Source of the DNA: Octopus vulgaris
Lineage: Eukaryota
DNA length: 64,000 nucleotides
NCBI GenBank assembly: GCA_951406725.2
Contig: OX597818.1
Span: 129,828,001-129,892,000, forward strand
Reading direction: 5' to 3'
Part shown: positions 54,199-64,000 of the stretch, in pieces
How positions within the stretch are numbered: the first letter of the stretch is position 1
Layout of the letters: every line of letters begins with the position of its first letter
Notes under the pieces: generated by a model
What the model was told of the DNA's origin: nothing
The model's input: the letters and a program-made list of their open reading frames with translations, nothing else
Database searches by the model: none
Made by a program: the position numbers and the translations under genes

Positions 54199-54946
54199 AT
54201 ATATATATGTATATAATATTTATATATATATATGCATACACACACATACACACATTTATATATATATATATATATACACATACACACATATCTATAGCTA
54301 TATATATGTATATACATGTTTACATATTTTTAAAAATACATCTGTGTATATCCATGCATATGCACATACACATACATTAAAAAATGCAGATACCTACACA
54401 TATACACCATAAATATATGTGCACATGCACATATATATATGCACCTATGTATATAAATATATATATATATATATATATAATGCACCTAGTATATGCACAT
54501 GTATGTGTGTGGTGTGTGTACGTGTATGGAGAAAACAGAAAAGAGCATAACAAAAATCAAATAAAAAGCGGAGAGGAAGCAGGCCATTATTTCCTTTAGC
54601 TATTTACAGTATGAATAACAAACTTCTGCAGATCAATATGCAGTATAGCAACTTAATCAAGTTGAAATAAAGCACAATAAATGAGCAATATTCTTTAAGG
54701 TTCAAACCTTACCAATTCTTTTTTTCTTACTTTTTCTCTGTCTATCACTCTCGCTCTCGCTTTCTCATTGCATACATTTGTTACTACGTCAGAAAAAAAC
54801 TGTTATTCACTTAACGTTACCATATTTTAAGGAACATATATATATATATATATATGCATGTATATAAGTATATATATAAATATATATATTTATGTATATA
54901 AGTAGATAAATGGTACAACAAGGCACCGATATTTACTGGAAAATAG

Positions 54947-54996
<50 letters not shown>

Positions 54997-56086
54997 ATAT
55001 GTACACATAATACATGCACACATATATATATTAATTTGGTTGTATTCAGAATAAAAAGGATATTAGAAATAAGCACAGTATAGTATGAGTTTCGATTTAT
55101 TTATCTATCTTAGTTGCATGTACTTAACTATTTTTTGTGAGTATATTTATGTTGATGCACATATATATACATATATGTATATACATATATATATACATAT
55201 ATATATACATATATATATACATATATATATACATATATTTATATATGTATATACACACACATACATATTCATATATCTCAGGTGTGTCTATATAGACATA
55301 TATGTACAGTTTAGAGTGTGTATGTATGAAGATGTGAATACACACACACACACACACGTGTGTGTGTGTGTGTATACTCAGAATTATTTATGAAATATCT
55401 TTTACTTTTCATTCCCATTCAATTCATTTGATTCTCTGTAGATTGACCAATATTAGAAGAATAACTTTGTTGCTTCCCATATTTGGCACTTATACACACA
55501 AACACACACATGCATATATATATATATATATATATATACCTATCTGCATGCATATTTCTATATATTTACATGAATATACAAACACTCACACACATGTTCT
55601 TTACTTATTGTTCATGAATAATGATATTATGGATCTACAAGTTGTATATAGATTAAATAAACACTTGATTATTATTTTAGTAATATTTCAAAATAGTGTT
55701 CAAAGAGAAACCATTTCCTTCAAGACCAAGAAAAGAAAAAAAATCTATTTACATTGAAGACATGAATATAAAAATACATTCCAATAGTTGGAAGATATCT
55801 GTTATTTAAAGTAGTTGCCAGACAACATTGCTGCCTTCAAATATATCAACATAATGCAAAGGTTATTATTTGTTATTGAAAGTGTCTCATTCCCAGACTT
55901 GTCTTCATTTATTTGATCCTAAATATAAGAAGTTTGTATTTTCTGAGATTTTTCAATTTTCTGTTTTTTTTTTTCTTTTTGTTTTTTTAATTGTGGGTGA
56001 AATGGTTTATAAAAACTTATTCCTAATTTCCTCATCGTCGTTTAACATCTTTCCATGCTGGCATGGACTGGACAGTTTGACAGGAG

Positions 56087-56313
56087 GCGAGCTGGCAGAA
56101 ACGTTAGCACGCCGGGCGAAATGCGTAGCCGTATTTCGTCTGCCGTTACGTTCTGAGTTCAAATTCCGCCGAGGTCGACTTTGGCTTTCATCCTTTCGGG
56201 GTCGATAAATTAAGTACCAGTTACGCACTGGGGTCGATACAATCGACTTAATGTGTCTGTCTGTCCTTGTTTGTCTCCTCTGTGTTTAGCTCCTTGTGGG
56301 TAGTAAAGAAATA
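56087..56313 (+). mobile_element. SINE family D nested in a minus-strand family C copy (56040-56470)
   Basis: 13-bp TSD agtttgacaggag (56074-56086 / 56314-56326). Confidence 0.92.
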
Positions 56314-56779
56314 AGTTTGACAGGAGCTGCAGAAGACTGCATCATACTTCACTCTCTGTTTTGGCACGGGCTTTACAGCTGGATGCCCTTCCTAACACCA
56401 ACCAACTCTACAGAGTGCATTTTATGTAACACTAACACAGGTGAGGTCAGTTTTGGCATGGTTTTTTCACAGCTGATTGGTGTGAATATTATGAGCAATT
56501 AAGGTAACTGACACATGACTGACTGTTTTGAAATTCCTCTCACACTCACTTGCTATCTCTAAATATCTCCCCTGTATCCTCTCTGTATCATTTATACTCC
56601 CCGCCACTGTTCCCTCTGGTTAAGCCCTTTCTCTTTCTCTCTAGCTATCTCTAGCTTTCTCTTTATCTCTCTTCTGTCTTCCCCTCCTTCCTTGTCCTAC
56701 TGGGGTAGCCAAGTATCTCCTCTGTATTAAGATAGCTATCCCTATCCCTCTATCATACTCCAACCTCTTGCTTGGCACA

Positions 56780-57156
56780 CAGCCACTTCTTTCAGTTCCA
56801 CTCCTTCTCACAGCTGAGAGGTCCTTGTCTTGCCTGCTACTTGGTGACTCCATGGGTGTTGGTGCTATACAACAAGCACCTGTGTTGGTGCCACATAAAA
56901 GGCACCCACACTGCTGTCACATAAAAGGCACCCATGCTGGCGTCACATAAAACACACCCATATTGGTGCCACATAATAAGCACTCATGCTGGTGCCACAT
57001 GAAAAGCACCCAGTACACTCTGTAAAGTGGTTGGTGTTAGGAAGGGCATCCAGCTGTAGAAACCGTGTCAAAACAGACAACTGGAACCTGGGACAGCTCT
57101 CCATCTTACAAGCACTTGTCAAATCATTCAGCCCATGCCAATATGGAGAACAAACA

Positions 57157-57190
<34 letters not shown>
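56780..57190 (+). mobile_element. Long SINE family C copy
   Basis: ~24-bp ccacataaaaggcaccca units, core and (GAT)n tail. Confidence 0.8.
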
Positions 57191-57449
57191 TACTTCTGAA
57201 GTACATCCAAATGGCATATACAAACATCAACACAAAGAACACTTTCCAATATCTTTATGCTATATATCTCTGAAAACGGATCTTAGAAAGATTTCTTAAT
57301 TAGCTCTAAACAACCAGTCGAAAAATTTTCTGAGATGAAATCCTAGTCCTGTGATGATTCCAATATTGAATGGAGATGAATGACAAAAGAATTAATGAGT
57401 TCCTCACTTACTTTTTGGCAAATGTAAATGAAATTAATATGATTAATAT

Positions 57450-57865
57450 CTCTCTCTTTTACTCTTTTACTTGTTTCAGTCATTTGACTGCGGCCATGCT
57501 GGAGCACCACCTTTAGTCGAGCAAATCGACCCCCGGGACTTATTCTTTGTAAGCCCAGTACTTATTCTATCGGTCTCTTTCGCCGAACCGCTAAGTTATG
57601 GGGACGTAAACACACCAACATCGGTTGTCAAGTGATGTTGGGGGGACAAACACAGACACATAAGCATACACACACACACACATATACATATATACATATA
57701 TACGACGGGCTTCTTTCAGTTTCTGTCTACCAAATCTACTCACAAGGCTTTGGTTGGCCCAAAGCTATAGTAGAAGACACTTGCCCAAGGTGCCATGTAG
57801 TGGGACTGAACCCGGAACCAAGTGGTTGGTAAGCAAGCTACTTAACACACAGCCACTCCTACGGC
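57450..57865 (-). mobile_element. SINE family A, full length
   Basis: Complete head and tail. Confidence 0.92.
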
Positions 57866-58323
57866 CATGTCAATAAACTGCTCAGAAATATGATACAGTG
57901 TTCCTGCTGTTAGACATACACCAATATTCCAGGTTAGTTCCACTTAGAAGCTACAGTTCTTACACCAACACTGTTTTTTTCCTACAAACACACTTCCCTC
58001 TTTCTTAGTCTTCTATAGCAGATCCTTATTGCGTCTTTTGCAAATCCCTCAGGTCCAACACCAATCCTTTCTACTCAAATGTTAATCCTCAATAATTACT
58101 TCTTGACCCATTTATCTGTTGCAGTTATTTATTTGCATGCAGTTGTTTAATTCTATAGATCACTGTGGGAAATGTAATGCTTATTTATTTCACATTGATG
58201 TAAATTAGTCACGCTTTACAGTGTTCCTTTGAGATTACACACTTACACATTGCAGTATAGGTGTGAGAGTCAGGATCTGGCCAGTTTTAACATAAAACAG
58301 GTAGACTATTTAGGTCAGATGTG

Positions 58324-58618
58324 ATCATGTGATCACGTGACCGACCAGACCATCAGATGTAGTTACACATCGCTGGTCACAATGCGTTCGCATTGTTTTA
58401 GCCTTCGAATGACGCCACCCCGCTGGCTAAGCGAGCAGGCCGACAGAAGAAAGAGTGGTGAAAGAGTACAGCAGGGATCACCACCCCCTGCCGGAGCCTT
58501 GTGGAGCTTTTAGGTGTTTTCGCTCAATAAACACTCACAACGCCCGGTCTGGGAATCGAAACTGCGATCCTGCAACCGCGAGTCCGCTGCCCTAACCACT
58601 AGGCCATTGCGCCTCCAC
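58324..58618 (-). mobile_element. SINE family B head with tail type 3
   Basis: 16-bp TSD atttaggtcagatgtg (58308-58323 / 58619-58634); tail ..ggtcggtcacgtgatcac. Confidence 0.92.
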
Positions 58619-58922
58619 ATTTAGGTCAGATGTGGGTGGTTTAAATGTGAAAGAGTTAAGAGGTTATATTATCAACCATATTGATTTCAGTTGTCTTGGA
58701 GAGTCTGTGAAAGCTATGAATGTAAGCTCGTTATTTCAACTAAATCCTTTCATTACCATATATAGTGAGTTAAGTTATAACAACTATCTAAGGGATACTT
58801 GTATCCAATGAATTAACTGGTGTCTTACCCATATGGGATTATGAGTGTTAGAATTAATGCTCATAAATGATAGGTAAAGACAAGAATAAACCGAACTCCA
58901 TTTTCTTTTTTCCTCATATATA

Positions 58923-58999
<77 letters not shown>

Positions 59000-59086
59000 A
59001 TAAGAGTGTTAATTTAAAATAAAATAATGATCCTATCAAGTGGCCAGCATGGTGGTATCTCGTAGATACCCTAATTCATAATTTCA

Positions 59087-59150
<64 letters not shown>

Positions 59151-59164
59151 TTATAATATTTGTT

Positions 59165-59375
59165 TATTCTTTTATTCTTTTACTTGTTTCAGTCATTTGA
59201 CTGCAGCCATGCTAGAGCGCTACCTTTAGTCGAACAAATCAACCCCAGGACTTATTCTTTGTAAGCCTAGTACTTATTCTATCAGTCTCTTTTGCTGAAC
59301 TGTTAAGTTACAGGGATGTAAATACACCAATATCAGTTGTCAAGCAATGGTTGGGAGATAAACCCAGACATACAC

Positions 59376-59412
<37 letters not shown>

Positions 59413-59555
59413 GCTTCTACCAAATCCACTCACAAGGCTTTGGTCGGCCTGAGGCTATAGTAGAAGACACTTGCCCAAGGTGCCATGCAGTGGCACTGAA
59501 CCAAGAGCCATGTGTTTGGTAAGTAAGTTTCTTACCACACAGTCACTCCTGCACC
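59165..59555 (-). mobile_element. SINE family A
   Basis: Near full length. Confidence 0.9.
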
Positions 59556-59828
59556 TATGTAATATATATACATATATAACAAAAATATATAGAGAGAAAA
59601 CGTCTTTAATTGTAAAATTCACCTTATAATGCCAACAATTGTTTCTATTGTTTTAACATGTTTAGATATAGAAAATATCATTAAAATTAATATTTCCAAA
59701 CATACATAAGGTGATCCAAAGTTAGATAAATTCAAAGTGAACTAAGGAAATATTTCCAGTATGTCAGTTTTATAAGGTGAATTCTATAATTAAAAATGTG
59801 ATTTTCTCTACATGTATTTTTTTTGTCT

Positions 59829-60250
59829 AGGCGCAGGAGTGGCTGTGTGGTAAGTAGCTTGCTAATCAACCACATGGTTCCGGGTTCAGTCCCTCTGCGT
59901 GGCATCTTGGGCAAGTGTCTTCTGCTATAGCCCCGGACCGACCAATGCCTTGTGAGTGGATTTGGTAGACGGAAACAGAAAGAAGCCTGTCGTATATATG
60001 TGTATATATATAAGTGTGTGTGTATATGTTTGTGTGTCTGTGTTTGTCCCCCCCAGCATTGCTTGACAACCGATGCTGGTGTGTTTACGTCCCCGTCACT
60101 TAGCTGTTCGGCAAAAGAGACCGATAGAATAAGTACTGGGCTTACAAAGAATAAGTCCCGGGGTCGATTTGCTCGACTAAAGGCGGTGCTCCAGCATGGC
60201 CGCAGTCAAATGACTGAAACAAGTAAAAGAGAGTAAAAAAGTAAAGAGTA
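59829..60250 (+). mobile_element. SINE family A, young subfamily
   Basis: Full length; shares diagnostic bases with 31510 and 37805. Confidence 0.92.
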
Positions 60251-60509
60251 TTCTGAATTTCTTGAAATTTTTCTAAATGGTATTTGGATTTGTTTGTCAT
60301 ACACAAGGAATTACCTTGGATGTGTATTCTACTTCCATTTTTTGGTGTCTGATTGTTTGATATAGTTAACCTGACTCATTTAAAACTGAGTGGCTTTTTG
60401 ATATCTACCTGGATGTTTAATCCCTTGTTCTCTTCCTATTATATACCCTGTATGTATATGCACACACTCACATATATACATATACAGGTATATATATATA
60501 TATATATAT

Positions 60510-60860
60510 CAGAGTGGCTAACTGGCATGTAAAAAGCATGTGAAAAGCATCATTCGAGTGCGATCGTTACCAGCGTCACCTTGCTGGCACTTGTGCCGGT
60601 GTGTAGGTGACACATAAAAAAAAACGATTTTTCTGTTACTGTTGCCAGTACTGCCTGACTGGCCCTCATGCCGGTGGCATGTAAAAGCACCTACTACACT
60701 CTCAGAGTGGTTGGCATTAGGAAGGGCATCCAGCTCTAGAAACTCTGCCAAATCAAGATTGGAGCCTGGTGCAGCCATCTTGTTCACCAGTCCTCAGTCA
60801 AATCATCCAATCCATGCTAGCATGGAAAGCGGATGTTAAATTATTATGATGATGATGATA
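60510..60860 (+). mobile_element. SINE family C
   Basis: Core and tail. Confidence 0.82.
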
Positions 60861-60864
60861 TTCT

Positions 60865-61015
60865 CTCTCTGTTTATTTTCTCATGTTCCTTTCTGTTGAA
60901 GAACGTAGGTTCAAAACGTAAAAGACTTTCTCACCTTCCCGAGCGTTAAACTAATACACCTGTTTGTTGCTTACACAGATGTCTTAGTCTTTTGGTTTTT
61001 GTAAATTCCAACTAT
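60865..61015 (+). mobile_element. PLE-like fragment with a degenerate hammerhead
   Basis: cttt-CTGTTGA-a-gaac-gtag-gttc-aAAAC-GTA-aaag; same family as 12988 and 20501. Confidence 0.6.
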
Positions 61016-61039
61016 ATAGATAAGTATAAATATAGATAT

Positions 61040-61381
61040 TCGGGACCCCCTCCGGTCATGACACTGACCATGGGATTGCACCTAGAAAGTTACCCTCCTA
61101 GTCACAAGTCTGGGCAAGGTGGTTTATGGAAGACCAGCAGTCGCCCATGCATACCGGTCTCCGCTCTCCACACCACCAGTGTTATCCAAGGGAAAGGCAA
61201 GGGGGGCAATATAGCTTGGCACCTGTGACGTCGCAACTCATTTCTACAGCTGAGTGAACTGGGGCAACGTGAAGTAAAGTGTCTTGCTCAAGAACACAAC
61301 ACGCAGCCCGGTACGGCATTCGAGCTGACAACCTCACGATCGTAAGCTCGACGCTCTAACCACTGAGCCATGCGCCTTCAC
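61040..61381 (-). mobile_element. CORE-type tRNA SINE (family E), full length
   Basis: A box tggctcagtgg, CORE-like ttgtgttcttgagcaagacac, 12-bp TSD aaatatagatat (61028-61039 / 61382-61393). Confidence 0.9.
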
Positions 61382-61729
61382 AAATATAGATATATACTCA
61401 TACATATGCACAAACATTTAAGATGACCCAGTGACCCTAAGTTAACTCTGTGACTCCCACTTAAAAAAAAAAAAGGTCAAATTGTATAAGGACAGCGTTA
61501 ACAAACCAAATATGACAAAAGTTTATTTTATAAATGGAAAGATATTAAAGGAAGGAAGTGAAAAATAAAAATAATACATTCACAACAAGACAAAACCAAA
61601 ACAAAACTAACAATAACAAAAGCAAAACAAAACAAGGGAAGCTAACAATCCTGCAAACAAGATGGAAACAATGAAAGAGACAAAGATAGAAATAGAGATA
61701 AAAATAAAATATATAAAAATAGAAAGAAT

Positions 61730-61943
<214 letters not shown>

Positions 61944-62174
61944 GAGACACCATCATGCTAATTAATTGTTATGTAACTATAACAATGGCAACACCATTAT
62001 GCAAAAAAAGAACTTTTGCTTTCTGCAACCTTCCTGAATCTTGTTTGCCCACTTAACCAATTCCAAAATTCTATACAACATCCTTTATTGTCAGTCATTT
62101 CAGCAAAACTTTCTATTGATCTTTTTTCACTGCAACAACTCATCTACACTTATGCCTTACCATTATTATTATTA

Positions 62175-62176
62175 TT

Positions 62177-62213
<37 letters not shown>

Positions 62214-62283
62214 CAGCAGCAGCAGTAGTAGTAGCAGTAGCAGTAGCAGCAGCAGTAGTAGTAATAGTAGTTGTAGTAGTAGC

Positions 62284-62333
<50 letters not shown>

Positions 62334-62377
62334 CAGCAGTAGCAGCAGTAGTAGCAGCAGAGGCGGCGGTGGCGGTG

Positions 62378-62465
<88 letters not shown>

Positions 62466-62475
62466 TAGTAGTAGA
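62175..62475. repeat. Compound (TAG)n/(CAG)n/(CGG)n microsatellite
   Basis: Seen directly. Confidence 0.95.
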
Positions 62476-62815
62476 TATTGTTTTAGTCGATTTGCAATTT
62501 TGATATATTTTCAATAATTTACTTTTTAAATTTTACTTTATTGTTTCCCCCCCCTTTTTTTTAGTTTCTTCAGCAATTCTTTTCTTGATTTCATTATTTC
62601 TATATTTATTTATCGATCTGTTAATTCTGTCTGATGCATTTTTATTTATTGTTACTGTTCACACACACCAGGTGCATATGTCTATATACTTTTATATTTA
62701 TATGTAAGTGTGTGCAGTGTTGGGATTTCTCTTAGTAGTTTAGGTAGTAAAAGTGTTGTTATTTGTGTAACTACAACAGTGACGCTTGCTTAAGTCACAG
62801 AATAATCTCATCACT

Positions 62816-63221
62816 GCGGCGAGCTGGAAGAAACGTTTGCACGCTGGGCGTAATGCTTAGTGGTATTTCGTCTGCCGTTACGTTCTGAGTTCAAATTCCG
62901 CCGAGGTCAACTTTGCCTTTCATTCTTGCCGGGGTCGATAAATTAAGTACCAGTTACGCACTGGGGTCGATGTAATCGATTTAATACCTATGTCTGTCCT
63001 TGTTTGTCCCCTCTGTGTTTAGCCCCTTGAGGGTAGTAAAAAATAGGTATTTCGTCTGCTGCTACGTTCTGAGTTCAAATTCCGCCGAGGTCAACTTTGC
63101 CTTTCATCCTTGCCGGGGTCGATAAACTAAGTACCAGTTATGCACTGGGGTCGATGTAATCGACTCAATGTCTTTGTTTGTCCCCCTCTATGTTTAGCCC
63201 CTTGTGGGCAATAAAGAAATA
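62816..63221 (+). mobile_element. SINE family D partial tandem dimer
   Basis: Body repeats from about 63047; 17-bp TSD agaataatct(c/g)atcact around the whole unit. Confidence 0.9.
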
Positions 63222-63433
63222 AGAATAATCTGATCACTTCAATAAATAATTACACACTGCTTATGTATTGAGTACTTTACTTTTGCTTGTAAACTCAGGA
63301 ACATATACTCAAATAGAAAAAGAACACTGAATATATATTATAGAGGTTAAATAGTTATGACTAAAATCAGCATGACATGTAATTTTGTTTTACATGTTGA
63401 AGGTACGAGCCCATGTCCTTCACAAGTACTCAC

Positions 63434-63488
63434 AGAACAGTGAGATTGCTGCCATTAATATTCCTCTTGAACCTTTTTGAACCAACAC
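63434..63488 (-). other. Candidate 55-nt minus-strand exon
   Basis: ggatttccttcttgcag|GTGTTGG..TGTTCT|gtgagt; phase 1 read-through gives (G)VGSKRFKRNINGSNLTVL*. Confidence 0.4.
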
Positions 63489-63739
63489 CTGCAAGAAGGA
63501 AATCCAAATAGCAAAGTGAGAAATCCAACTGTCTTGATTTTGCATCATCTATTTTCTTTGAGGGCTCAAGAAGTCCTAAGATCTGACCACATTACCTTCA
63601 CATCTTTTTCAGTCTTACTCTGCCATGAATAACTTCTGCTACTAGAATATACTGTTTTTCTACTCAATACTCATCACATAGTGAAACTCATCCTCATCCA
63701 CTGGTTAATTGAAGAAGAATTAAAAAACAAAAATGATCA

Positions 63740-64000
63740 GGCGAAGGCAATGGTTGTGTGGTTAAGAAGCTCACTCTGCAACAGTCTTGTTGTTCCGGGT
63801 TCAGTCCCACTGTGTGGCACCTTAGGCAAGTTTCTTCTACTATAGCCCCATGCTGACCAATGCCTTGTGAGTAAATTTGGTCGACCGAATCTGTGGAAAT
63901 CTGTCATACATGTGTGTGTATGTGTGTGCCTGAATCTTTCTTTCTGCACTTGTTTCCCACCACTTGACAACTGGTGTTGGTTTGTTTATGTTCCTGTAAT
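63740..64000 (+). mobile_element. SINE family A, running off the window
   Basis: ggcgaaggcaatggttgtgtggttaag..gggttcagtcccactg. Confidence 0.85.

Overview
AT-rich, repeat-saturated animal DNA, most likely from an octopus or other coleoid cephalopod. This assignment is inferred from the tRNA-derived SINE families and the (TA)n/(AAT)n/(CA)n load. I cannot call any intact protein-coding gene: nearly all supplied ORFs are translations of microsatellites or SINEs. The window contains dozens of copies of about five SINE families, many with clear TSDs and some nested or chimeric. It also has RTE and CR1 LINE 3' ends, mariner/Tc1/hAT transposase relics, MITEs and a non-autonomous Helitron. Several Penelope-like fragments carry minimal hammerhead-ribozyme motifs, including one tRNA-headed hammerhead element. 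The unique stretches are U-rich on the minus strand and contain several strong minus-strand 3' splice sites followed by short stop-terminated frames. The window may therefore be the intronic/3' part of a large minus-strand gene with micro-exons or alternative last exons. That reading is a low-confidence inference.
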